In this document: piece after piece, positions 36,784 to 48,312 of the stretch
Layout of the letters: every line of letters begins with the position of its first letter
Position numbering within the stretch: position 1 is the stretch's first letter
Assembly (NCBI GenBank): GCA_028864885.1
Contig: JAGWLR010000002.1
Span: 39,171-103,170, forward strand
Source: Burkholderiales bacterium
Lineage (GTDB): Bacteria; Pseudomonadota; Gammaproteobacteria; Burkholderiales; Burkholderiaceae_C
DNA length: 64,000 nt
Direction of reading: 5' to 3'
Program-made: the position numbers and the translations under genes
The notes under the pieces: model-generated
Seen by the model: only the letters and a program-made list of their open reading frames with translations
The model's database searches: none
Told to the model about the DNA's origin: nothing

Positions 36784-37459
36784 TCAAATCAGGCGGCGAC
36801 GCCCAATGTGGAGCTTGTCGGCCAGCCAGAATCGAATGTGGTAGCGGTGCTTGCGCAGGTAGGTGGCCCACTTTTTCAGCGTGGGATAGCGCCGGTAATC
36901 CGTGCGGTCACCGATCACCGAAGCCGCTTCTTCGTGGCTGACTTGTCGGAAGAAGTTGGGGCTGCCTGACAGCACAGTCAGGTCGCGTTCCCAGTAGAAC
37001 TTGAAATCAAAATCCACCGGACGCAACAAGGTCTGACGCTGTTGGATCAGCTTGGTGGCCCCTTGGTGCGACACCATGTAAGCGCAGGTGGGTGAGCTTC
37101 AGCATGTCCCACTTTGAGCTCGAATCGGCCAATTTTGCAGCGTGTCGCGGGTGCAGACGGGTTTCTGGTCGAAGTCATCTTCCTGGATCAGGGCGCACGC
37201 CAGTTGGCGTTGGGCAATCAACTCCCAGCATTTGAGGTGACTCAAAAAGCAGCCAATCTCGCCCGGGGTGAGGCCGCGAAACCACTCCCCATGCGGGGCG
37301 GGCTGCGGGTTGAGTTGCTTCAAGGTGGAGGGATCGAGCTTGGCGCCGTCTACCGCTGGCGCGCGCTCCCAGGGCAAACCCAGTTTGTCGAGTAGGGCCC
37401 CGCACCGATCCAGGCGGTCGCGGGAGCGGTCCAGGTTGATCAGCAGATGAGGGGAAAGG
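36784..37459 (-). pseudogene. glycosyltransferase family 25 (LPS/LOS glycosyltransferase) remnant
   Basis: GT25 signatures LINLDRSRDRLDR and GEIGCFLSHLKCWE...IQEDD. One in-frame TGA at 37099-37101 joins the two track ORFs, which are in the same frame. There is no ATG, GTG or TTG between the upstream in-frame stop and LINLDR. Confidence 0.65.
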
Positions 37460-37465
37460 TCGTGG

Positions 37466-38965
<1,500 letters not shown>

Positions 38966-38973
38966 GGGTGTCT

Positions 38974-40482
38974 TCAGGCCTGGATGGCGGCAGGTTTGCG
39001 TTGGTGCCAGTCGGTCGCTTGCTGGAAGGCGTGCGCGGTGTGCAGCAGCTGGGCTTCTTGCCAGTAGTTGCCGATCAACTGCAGGCCCACGGGCAAATCG
39101 TGTTCACCGAAGCCGCAAGGCAGGCTCATGCCGGGCAGGCCAGCCAGCGAGGCCGGCAGGGTGAAGATGTCGGCCAGGTATTCCTGCACGGGGTCCGTCG
39201 AGGAGCCAATCGGGCGGGCCACGGTGGGCGACACGGGGCCGGCGATCACGTCGCAAACCTTGAAGGCCGCCTGGAAGTCGTCCGCAATCATGCGGCGCAG
39301 CTTTTGCGCTTGCAGGTAGTAGGCGTCGTAATAGCCATGCGACAGCACGTAGGCACCAATCATGATCCGGCGCTTGACTTCGGGGCCGAAGCCTTCTGCG
39401 CGGGTTTTGCGGTACATGTCGTTCAGATCGCCATATTTGGCAGCACGATGACCGAATTTGACGCCATCAAAGCGGCTCAGGTTGGACGAGGCTTCAGCCG
39501 GCGCGATGATGTAGTACACCGGAATCGACAGCTCGGTGCGGGGCAGGCTGATGTCCACCAGCGTGGCGCCCAGCTTTTGCAGTTGATCCAGTGCGGCACG
39601 GGTGGCGGTGGCCACATCGGCGCTCACGCCTTCACCGAAAAATTCCTGGGGCACTCCTACGCGCAGGCCAGCCAAAGGCTGCTCGGCGGTGGCGCCGGCG
39701 CGCGGGGTGCGCAGCGCGGCCACGAAATCGGGCACGGGCTGTTGCGCGCTGGTGGCGTCACGCTCGTCAAAACCGCTCATGGCCTGCAGCAGCAGGGCGC
39801 AGTCTTCAGCGGTGCGGGCCATGGGGCCGGCCTGGTCCAGCGACGAGGCAAAGGCGATCATGCCGTAGCGTGAGCAGCGGCCATAAGTGGGCTTGATGCC
39901 GGTGATGCCGGTCAAGGCCGCAGGTTGGCGAATCGAGCCGCCGGTGTCGGTGCCGGTCACGCCGGGCACCAGGCGCGCGGCCACGGCCACGGCAGAACCA
40001 CCCGACGAGCCACCAGGAATGCGATTCGTGTCCCAGGGGTTGCGGGCAGGCTGGTAAGCCGAGTTTTCGTTGGCGCCACCCATGGCGAATTCGTCGCAGT
40101 TCAACTTGCCCAGGCTCACGGTGCCGGCTTTGTTGAGCTTGTCGACCACGGTGGCGTCAAACGGGCTCATATAGCCCTTGAGCATTTTGGAGGCGGCCGT
40201 GGTGGGGTGGTCCACCGTCACAAAGATGTCCTTGTGCGCCACAGGGATGCCGTCCAGCGGGCCGAAGGTCTGACCATTGGCGCGACGCAGGTCGGCCGCT
40301 GCGGCTTCGGCGAGCGCACCGGCCTCGTCCACGTGCAGGAAGGCGCCCAGGTGGTTGTGGGCTTGCACGCGAGCCAGCGCATGGCGGGTCAGTTCGGTGC
40401 TGGTGGTCTGGCCAGCGGCCAGCATCTGGCTCAGTTCGGCCAGGGTCTTGTCATGGAATGCGGTCGTCATCGTGTCACTCAC
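38974..40482 (-). CDS. gatA: Asp-tRNA(Asn)/Glu-tRNA(Gln) amidotransferase subunit A
   Basis: Amidase signature [13 protein letters not shown]...[11 protein letters not shown]. Confidence 0.95.
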   Translation of the reverse strand: MSDTMTTAFHDKTLAELSQMLAAGQTTSTELTRHALARVQAHNHLGAFLHVDEAGALAEAAAADLRRANGQTFGPLDGIPVAHKDIFVTVDHPTTAASKMLKGYMSPFDATVVDKLNKAGTVSLGKLNCDEFAMGGANENSAYQPARNPWDTNRIPGGSSGGSAVAVAARLVPGVTGTDTGGSIRQPAALTGITGIKPTYGRCSRYGMIAFASSLDQAGPMARTAEDCALLLQAMSGFDERDATSAQQPVPDFVAALRTPRAGATAEQPLAGLRVGVPQEFFGEGVSADVATATRAALDQLQKLGATLVDISLPRTELSIPVYYIIAPAEASSNLSRFDGVKFGHRAAKYGDLNDMYRKTRAEGFGPEVKRRIMIGAYVLSHGYYDAYYLQAQKLRRMIADDFQAAFKVCDVIAGPVSPTVARPIGSSTDPVQEYLADIFTLPASLAGLPGMSLPCGFGEHDLPVGLQLIGNYWQEAQLLHTAHAFQQATDWHQRKPAAIQA

Positions 40483-40787
40483 TCGATCACCTTGGGCACC
40501 AGGAACAGACCTTCGTCTTGTGCCGGGGCGTTGCGCATATTGGCTTCGCGGTGGTTGGCCTCGGTCACGGTGTCTTCGCGCAAGCGCAGGGTGACGTCCT
40601 CGATGGCCGACAGCGGGGTGTAAAGGGGCTCTACGCCGGAGGTGTCAACGGCGCGCATCTTCTCGACGATCGCGAAAAATTCGTTCAATTGCGTCAGCAT
40701 GTCGCCTTGTTCGGCATCGCTCAATTCGAGGCGGGCCAGTTGGGCTATGCGGCTGACTTCATGAGAGGTCAAGGCCATGGGGTTCAT
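40479..40787 (-). CDS. gatC: Asp-tRNA(Asn)/Glu-tRNA(Gln) amidotransferase subunit C
   Basis: The 102-aa product has [16 protein letters not shown]. 4-nt overlap with gatA. Confidence 0.9.
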   Translation of the reverse strand: MNPMALTSHEVSRIAQLARLELSDAEQGDMLTQLNEFFAIVEKMRAVDTSGVEPLYTPLSAIEDVTLRLREDTVTEANHREANMRNAPAQDEGLFLVPKVIE

Positions 40788-40928
40788 CCAGGGTTGTCAA
40801 TGGGGCCAAATCAGCGTCGCACGAGGGTGAAACCACCTGTGTCGCCCTCTGAAATCGCGGGTCCTTGGGGTATTATCCTAGGTTATCCACAAGCCATGAT
40901 CGTCCCACGAAGACGTGGTGTTGTGTGA

Positions 40929-42146
<1,218 letters not shown>

Positions 42147-42173
42147 GGTCACCGCTGAGGGGCGCACTCTCCC

Positions 42174-43130
42174 ATGCCGTTGTCCACCCTGGAGCGCACG
42201 CCGCCCCCCTTCTTCAAACAAGGGCCTTCGGCATTCACACGCCTGCTGTTTTATTCAGCACTGGCGGTGTTGTTGATGGTGGCCGATGTGCGCTGGAAGG
42301 TCACCCAACCGATCCGAGTGGTGATTGCCACCGGGTTTCAGCCTTTGCAAGAGGCGGCGCTGACGCCGTCGCGGTGGTGGCAGGCGCTTCGTAATTACAC
42401 CTCGGGGCTGGATGCCGCCCTGGCTGCCGAGACCACCGCCCAACGCCTCATCACGGCGCAGGCCGAACGCATCATGCTGGCCGATCAGCTTGAGCGAGAA
42501 AATGCGCAGTTGCGCGCTTTGCTCGACTTGCGTCCTCGGATCGATACCCCGACCCTGGCCGCCGAAGTGCTGTACGACGCCCAAGATCCCTTCACCCGCA
42601 AGGTGGTGATCGACCGTGGCAGCTCGCAAGGCGTCATTTTGGGTTCACCTGTGCTGGACGAGGCCGGGGTGCTGGGCCAGGTGACGCGGGTTTACCCCCT
42701 GACTGCCGAGGTCACGTTGGTCACAGACAAGGATGCGGCGGTGCCGGTGATCAATGCCCGCACCCAACAGCGCGGGGTGGCTTATGGGTCGCCTCAGTTG
42801 CACGGCATGGAGTTGCGCTTCATGGCCAGCAACTCCGACATCCAGGTCGGCGATGTGCTTCAGACGTCGGGCCTTGACGGGGTCTATCCTACCGGCATCC
42901 CTGTGGCCAAAGTGGCTGCCGTCGATCACCGTGCGGACACCGCCTTTGCCCGGATTCTGCTGACTCCGCTGGCACACCCCGATCGCCCAGATCACGTCTT
43001 GTTGTTGCAACCGATGTCGACCGAGTTGCCGCAGATCCCGGCAGGGGCGGCTTCGGGGGCTGCGTCAGCGCCGGATGCCCTGGCGGGCAAAGCCAAGGCA
43101 CATGGGGCTGCGAAAGGATCCAAGCCATGA
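42174..43130 (+). CDS. mreC: rod shape-determining protein MreC
   Basis: N-terminal TM segment, a coiled coil containing ENAQLRALLDL, then beta-barrel domains. Position after mreB. Confidence 0.9.
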   Translation: MPLSTLERTPPPFFKQGPSAFTRLLFYSALAVLLMVADVRWKVTQPIRVVIATGFQPLQEAALTPSRWWQALRNYTSGLDAALAAETTAQRLITAQAERIMLADQLERENAQLRALLDLRPRIDTPTLAAEVLYDAQDPFTRKVVIDRGSSQGVILGSPVLDEAGVLGQVTRVYPLTAEVTLVTDKDAAVPVINARTQQRGVAYGSPQLHGMELRFMASNSDIQVGDVLQTSGLDGVYPTGIPVAKVAAVDHRADTAFARILLTPLAHPDRPDHVLLLQPMSTELPQIPAGAASGAASAPDALAGKAKAHGAAKGSKP

Positions 43131-43642
43131 TGCCGCGTGGCAATGAATTGCTGATGCCGGCCAACCCGGTCTTCATCTGGTTGTCCTTGTTGCTGGCGTT
43201 TGGCATCAATTTGTTTCCCTGGGGGCGCTGGGCGGGTGTGCCTGATGTGCTGGCCGTGGCGGTGGTGTTCTGGAACGTGCACCAGCCGCGTCGCGTGGGC
43301 ATCGGTGGGGCCTTTTTGTTCGGCTTGATCATGGATGTGCACCAGGGGGCATTGCTAGGGCAGCACGCGCTGGCCTACACCTTGCTGAGCTTCTTCGCCA
43401 TCACGATTCACCGGCGTTTGTTGTGGTTCACCACGCCTTCACAGGCTTTGCAGGTCATGCCGCTGTTCGTCGCTGGCCATGCGGTGTCGGCCCTTGTGCG
43501 CATGCTGGCCGGAGCCAGCTTTCCGGGCTGGAGCATCCTGCTGGCACCGGTGTTCGAGTCGTTGATGTGGCCGGTGGTCACCTTCGTGCTGCTGGCACCT
43601 CAGCGACGTCCGCCTGATCCGGACAAGAACCGTCCTTTGTGA
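43127..43642 (+). CDS. mreD: rod shape-determining protein MreD
   Basis: Polytopic 171-aa protein. 4-nt overlap with mreC. Confidence 0.85.
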   Translation: MMPRGNELLMPANPVFIWLSLLLAFGINLFPWGRWAGVPDVLAVAVVFWNVHQPRRVGIGGAFLFGLIMDVHQGALLGQHALAYTLLSFFAITIHRRLLWFTTPSQALQVMPLFVAGHAVSALVRMLAGASFPGWSILLAPVFESLMWPVVTFVLLAPQRRPPDPDKNRPL

Positions 43643-43669
43643 CGAGCCAGTCCGAAGCAGGGCCATCCG

Positions 43670-45757
43670 ATGACTGAACTCAAGAACCTCGAACACGAGC
43701 TCGGCTTGTTTCGGGCCCGCATCTGGGCTGCGGCCGGGTTCGTCCTGTTCTGTTTTGGTTTGCTGGTGTTTCGTCTGGTGGTGCTCCAAGTGGTGCGTCA
43801 CGACGAACTGGCCACGCAGGCCGAAAACAACCGCATCTCGGTGGTGCCGATCGTGCCCAATCGGGGCCTGATCGTCGATCGCAATGGCGTGGTGTTGGCC
43901 AACAACTATTCGGCCTACACCCTCGAGATCACGCCTTCTAAAGTGGATGACGTCGAGGCGACGATCGATGCCTTGGCCAAGATTGTGGACATCCAGCCCA
44001 AGGACCGCCGTCGCTTCAAGCGCCTGCGCGAGGAATCCAAAAACTTCGAGTCGATCCCGATCCGCACCCGCCTGACGGACGAGGAAGTCGCCCGCTTCAC
44101 GGCGCAGCGGTTCCGTTTCCCTGGGGTCGACATCCAGGCGCGCTTGTTTCGGCACTACCCTTATGGTGAATTGGCCAGCCATGTTCTGGGCTACATCGGC
44201 CGCATCAACCAGAAAGAAGCCGAGGCCATGGAAGACTGGCCTGAAGAGGAATACGCCAATTACCGTGGCACCGAATACATCGGCAAGCTGGGCATCGAGC
44301 AGAGTTACGAGTCCGAACTGCATGGCGTGACCGGGTTCGAAGAGGTCGAAATCAGCGCTGCGGGGCGAGCCGTGCGCCGCCTCAAATCGCAACCCGCTAT
44401 CCCGGGCAAAACCATCCACCTCTCGATCGACATCAAGCTTCAAGCTTTGATCGAGCGCTTGTATGGCAATCGCCGGGGCGCCATGGTGGTGATCGACCCG
44501 CGCAATGGTGAGGTGCTGGCCTTTGTGAGCAAGCCGACCTTCGATCCCAACCTGTTTGTCGATGGCATTGATGTCGACAACTGGAAAGAGTTGAACGAGT
44601 CGCTCGACAAGCCGCTGCTCAATCGCGCCTTGCGCGGCACATACCCACCTGGGTCCACGTACAAGCCTTTCCTGGCCTTGGCTGCCTTGCACACGAACAA
44701 GCGAGATCCGCGCACCATCATCATGGACAATGGCGTGTTCGTTTTTGGCGGGCACCGCTTTCGCGCGCCGGCAGACGAACAGGGCGGTCCGATGGACATG
44801 CACCGCGCCATCGTCAAGTCGAGCAATGTGTACTTCTATTCGCTCGCCAACGACATGGGCGTGGATCTGATCCATGACGAATTGGAGCCCATGGGGTTTG
44901 GTCGCCTGACCGGCATCGACCTCAAAGGCGAGGTCACAGGGATCCTGCCGTCTACCGAATGGAAGCGCAAAGCCTACAAGCGGCCTGAACAACAAAAATG
45001 GTACGCTGGCGAGACCATTTCCTTGGGGATCGGGCAGGGGTATAACTCCTTCACGATGCTGCAGATCGCGTGTGCCAACGCGACATTGGCATCGGGCGGG
45101 TTACGCTATCAACCACGGTTGGTGCGCGAGATCGAAGACGTCATGACCAAAGAAAAGCGCGTCATTTCGAGTGATGCCTTGCCGCCCCTGAATTACAAGC
45201 CCGAACACCTGGCCATCGTCAAACAGGCCATGTATGGGGTGACGCAAGAGGGCACGGCGACGCGTGTGTTCATGGGGGCGGGATACCAGAGTGGCGGCAA
45301 GACCGGCACGGCCCAGGCTGTCACCATGAAGCAAAACGAGAAGTATGTGGCCTCGAAGATGGATGAGTACAAGCGAGACCATTCGCTGTATGAAGCCTTT
45401 GCCCCGCTCGATAACCCCCGCGTGGCCTTGGCCATCATTGTCGAGAACGCCGGGTTCGGCGCGGCAGCGGCCGCGCCCATCGCACGTCGCGTGCTGGACT
45501 ATTTGGTCCTGGGACAATATCCGAGTGAAGAAGACATCGAAGCGGTGCAACAGGCCAGGGCGTCCAGCCCGATCGGTACCCCTCGGAAAGTGTCCGAGGT
45601 GCCCTTGCCACGCGGGGTCGATGCGTATGGCGGAGATGTGCAGCAACAGGCCGTCGGGGTGGCAGCCCTTCCGGCTCCGCCCGTGGCGGCAGGTAGCGCC
45701 CCCGTGGCGGGTGCCAGTGCGGCCTTGCCCTCCGCCTCCAGTGGGAGTCAGCCATGA
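43670..45757 (+). CDS. mrdA: penicillin-binding protein 2 (peptidoglycan D,D-transpeptidase)
   Basis: SxxK as PGSTYKP, SxN as KSSNVY, KTG as GKTGTAQ. Low-complexity Ala/Pro tail. Confidence 0.95.
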   Translation: MTELKNLEHELGLFRARIWAAAGFVLFCFGLLVFRLVVLQVVRHDELATQAENNRISVVPIVPNRGLIVDRNGVVLANNYSAYTLEITPSKVDDVEATIDALAKIVDIQPKDRRRFKRLREESKNFESIPIRTRLTDEEVARFTAQRFRFPGVDIQARLFRHYPYGELASHVLGYIGRINQKEAEAMEDWPEEEYANYRGTEYIGKLGIEQSYESELHGVTGFEEVEISAAGRAVRRLKSQPAIPGKTIHLSIDIKLQALIERLYGNRRGAMVVIDPRNGEVLAFVSKPTFDPNLFVDGIDVDNWKELNESLDKPLLNRALRGTYPPGSTYKPFLALAALHTNKRDPRTIIMDNGVFVFGGHRFRAPADEQGGPMDMHRAIVKSSNVYFYSLANDMGVDLIHDELEPMGFGRLTGIDLKGEVTGILPSTEWKRKAYKRPEQQKWYAGETISLGIGQGYNSFTMLQIACANATLASGGLRYQPRLVREIEDVMTKEKRVISSDALPPLNYKPEHLAIVKQAMYGVTQEGTATRVFMGAGYQSGGKTGTAQAVTMKQNEKYVASKMDEYKRDHSLYEAFAPLDNPRVALAIIVENAGFGAAAAAPIARRVLDYLVLGQYPSEEDIEAVQQARASSPIGTPRKVSEVPLPRGVDAYGGDVQQQAVGVAALPAPPVAAGSAPVAGASAALPSASSGSQP

Positions 45758-46914
45758 ATCGGGTTTTCGACAAGCCGCCGCTGTGGCGCCGCATCCTGCC
45801 CATTTTTCAGGGTTTCGACTGGCCTTTGCTGCTGGTGGTCGTCACCATGTGTGTGATCGGGCTGGTGACCATGTACTCGGCTGGATATGACAACGGCACG
45901 CGGTTCGGCGACCAGTCGCGCAACATGATTCTGGCGGCAGGCGTGATGTTCCTGGTGGCACAGGTTCCGCCGCAGCGTCTACAAGCCATGGCGGTGCCAC
46001 TGTATGCCTTGGGGGTGTTCCTGCTGATTCTCACGGCGATCCCGCATGTGGGCATCACCAAGAAGGGCGCGACGCGCTGGCTCAATGTCGGCATGGTGAT
46101 CCAGCCTTCTGAGGTCCTCAAGATTGCCATGCCCTTGATGTTGGCTTGGTGGTTTCAGCGTCGCGAAGGCCAACGCAGTGCCAAGGATTTTCTGGTGGCG
46201 GGTGGGCTGTTGATGCTGCCCGCCGCACTGATCCTCAAGCAGCCCGATCTGGGCACGGCGATGCTGGTCCTGAGTTCGGGGCTGTATGTGCTGTTTTTTG
46301 CCGGGCTGAGCTGGCGCTTGATCGTCCCCGTGATCTTGGCAGGGGCAGTGGGGATCACTGCGCTGGTGCATTACGAAGAGCGGATTTGCCAGCCCGAAGT
46401 CAACTGGGTTGGGTTACATGAATACCAGAAGAACCGCATCTGTACCTTGCTGGATCCAACCAAAGATCCTTTGGGCAAAGGGTTTCACATCATCCAGGGC
46501 ATGATCGCGATCGGTTCAGGCGGGGTCACCGGTAAGGGCTACATGAAGGGCACGCAGACGCACCTCGAGTTCATTCCCGAACGCACCACCGACTTCGTGT
46601 TTGCCGCTTATTCCGAAGAGTTCGGCCTGGTCGGAGGGCTCGTGCTGGTGGTCGGCTTCCTGTTCATGATTTTTCGGGGGCTGTACATCGCCTCGCAGGC
46701 ACCGACCCTGTTCTCTCGCTTGCTGGCGGGCGCGGTGTCGCTCAGCTTTTTCACCTATGCTTTTGTGAACATGGGCATGGTCAGCGGCATCCTGCCGGTG
46801 GTCGGGGTGCCGTTGCCTTTCATCAGCTACGGCGGCACGGCCATGGTGACACTGGGGCTGGGCATAGGCATGTTGATGTCCATCGCCAAGAGTCGTGGTT
46901 TGATGCAGCGCTAG
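45754..46914 (+). CDS. rodA: peptidoglycan glycosyltransferase RodA (SEDS family)
   Basis: TDFVFAAYSEEFGLVGG and LPFISYGGTAM. Confidence 0.95.
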   Translation: MNRVFDKPPLWRRILPIFQGFDWPLLLVVVTMCVIGLVTMYSAGYDNGTRFGDQSRNMILAAGVMFLVAQVPPQRLQAMAVPLYALGVFLLILTAIPHVGITKKGATRWLNVGMVIQPSEVLKIAMPLMLAWWFQRREGQRSAKDFLVAGGLLMLPAALILKQPDLGTAMLVLSSGLYVLFFAGLSWRLIVPVILAGAVGITALVHYEERICQPEVNWVGLHEYQKNRICTLLDPTKDPLGKGFHIIQGMIAIGSGGVTGKGYMKGTQTHLEFIPERTTDFVFAAYSEEFGLVGGLVLVVGFLFMIFRGLYIASQAPTLFSRLLAGAVSLSFFTYAFVNMGMVSGILPVVGVPLPFISYGGTAMVTLGLGIGMLMSIAKSRGLMQR

Positions 46915-46979
46915 GCGCCCCGCAGGCCTGGCGCTAAGATGCCCGCAGTCGACTTCGATACAGCTTGAAGGAAATCCCC

Positions 46980-47645
46980 ATGTCCTCCGTCATGCCTCAA
47001 ACCTCCAGTGGGGTGCACCACAACGCACTGGATCGTCTGCTGATCTCATTTGATGCGGCGGTGCGCACGGTGTGGGCCGAGCACTCGGCGGCGCGTCCCT
47101 GCCCCAAGGCGCAGGAGGCCGATGCCACCCTGACCGACGCCGAAAAGCGCCAGTCCGCGGCCCTGATGCGGGTCAACCATGTGGGCGAAGTCTGTGCGCA
47201 GGCCCTCTATGCCTCGCAAGCATGGGGCACCCAAGACCCTTACCTGAAGGCCCAGTTCGACGCCGCGGCGCGCGAGGAAACCGATCACCTGGCATGGACA
47301 GAACAACGCTTGCGCGAACTGGGCGGGCGAACCAGTCTGCTCAACCCCCTGTGGTACGCCGGGGCCTTTGCCATCGGTTTGGTGGCAGCCCGCGCTGGCG
47401 ACAAGATCAGCCTGGGTTTTGTGGTCGAGACCGAGCGGCAGGTGGAAGACCATCTCAACAGCCACATGGACCGACTGCCGGATGGCGACCGCAGCTCACG
47501 GGCCATCGTGGCCCAGATGCGCGACGATGAGGTGACGCATGCCAACAACGCGCTGAAGGCGGGGGGCGCCCCCTTGCCCGCCCCGGTGCGCGGCTTGATG
47601 CGGCTGGCCGCCAAGGTCATGACCTCGACCGCGCACTACCTCTGA
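46980..47645 (+). CDS. coq7: 2-nonaprenyl-3-methyl-6-methoxy-1,4-benzoquinol hydroxylase (Coq7-type, O2-dependent)
   Basis: Di-iron ExxH repeats: [46 protein letters not shown] sits behind AAGGAA. Confidence 0.9.
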   Translation: MSSVMPQTSSGVHHNALDRLLISFDAAVRTVWAEHSAARPCPKAQEADATLTDAEKRQSAALMRVNHVGEVCAQALYASQAWGTQDPYLKAQFDAAAREETDHLAWTEQRLRELGGRTSLLNPLWYAGAFAIGLVAARAGDKISLGFVVETERQVEDHLNSHMDRLPDGDRSSRAIVAQMRDDEVTHANNALKAGGAPLPAPVRGLMRLAAKVMTSTAHYL

Positions 47646-47646
47646 G

Positions 47647-48069
47647 TCAGGCGGCGACGATCTCGAAGCTGGTCGTGATTTCGGCTGTCTTGGCCAACAT
47701 GATCGAGGCCGAGCAGTACTTTTCGTGCGACATCTGAATCGCGCGCTGAACCGCTGCTTCCGGCAGGTTCACCCCGGTGACCACAAAGTGCATGTTGATC
47801 TTGGTGAACACCTTGGGATCCGTGCTGGCGCGATCGGCCGTCAGCTTCACGTCGCAGCCGCGGATGTCGTGGCGACCGCGTTTGAGGATCATGACCACGT
47901 CATAAGCCGTGCAGCCACCGGTGCCGGCCAACACGGTTTCCATCGGGCGGGGCGCCAGGTTGCGGCCGCCACCATCCGGTGGGCCGTCCATGGTCAAAAT
48001 GTGGCCGCTACCGGTTTCGGCCGAAAAAGCCATGCCGATAGTCGGCTGCCAGCGGATGGTGCATTCCAT
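47647..48069 (-). CDS. OsmC-family peroxiredoxin-like protein
   Basis: The 140-aa product has GGCTAYDVV and EKYCSAS, the two OsmC cysteines. Confidence 0.8.
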   Translation of the reverse strand: MECTIRWQPTIGMAFSAETGSGHILTMDGPPDGGGRNLAPRPMETVLAGTGGCTAYDVVMILKRGRHDIRGCDVKLTADRASTDPKVFTKINMHFVVTGVNLPEAAVQRAIQMSHEKYCSASIMLAKTAEITTSFEIVAA

Positions 48070-48140
48070 TGAGGTCTCCAGACGAAAAATGGCGGGATGT
48101 GAAATTTTCAGTATCCAAACGCAAAACCTAGGGTTACCCC

Positions 48141-48169
48141 TTGATTTCTGTTCGGATCGAACCTAGAAT
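48141..48169 (+). promoter_or_regulatory. sigma-70-type promoter with no downstream CDS
   Basis: TTGATT (48141-46), an exactly 17-nt spacer, then TAGAAT (48164-69). Confidence 0.5.
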
Positions 48170-48175
48170 AAACCC

Positions 48176-48292
48176 TAATGATATGAACTTGCTTGAACTC
48201 CAGAGCTCGTATCGTTGCTTGTTTCGTTTGTCTCCTCCACCCTCCTCCAAAGGTGGATTTGAAACCCGAGATTCTTGTCTCGGGTTTTTTTT
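48176..48292 (+). ncRNA. candidate small regulatory RNA (about 115 nt), family not recognised
   Basis: Bounded by the promoter above and an intrinsic terminator. Contains UCUCCUCC and a CCACC/GGTGG hairpin with loop CUCCUCCAAA. No credible ORF. Confidence 0.45.
48262..48292 (+). terminator. intrinsic terminator
   Basis: AAACCCGAG (48262-70), loop ATTCTTGT, CTCGGGTTT (48279-87), running into T8. May also act weakly on the convergent rep transcript. Confidence 0.75.
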
Positions 48293-48312
48293 CGTCCTGC
48301 GTCCAGCCCGGG

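Noticed and set aside
37099-37101. The in-frame TGA in the GT25 gene read as selenocysteine or programmed read-through.
   Set aside because: GT25 enzymes are not selenoproteins, I see no stem-loop immediately downstream, and the gene also lacks a start codon. A pseudogene is the simpler explanation.
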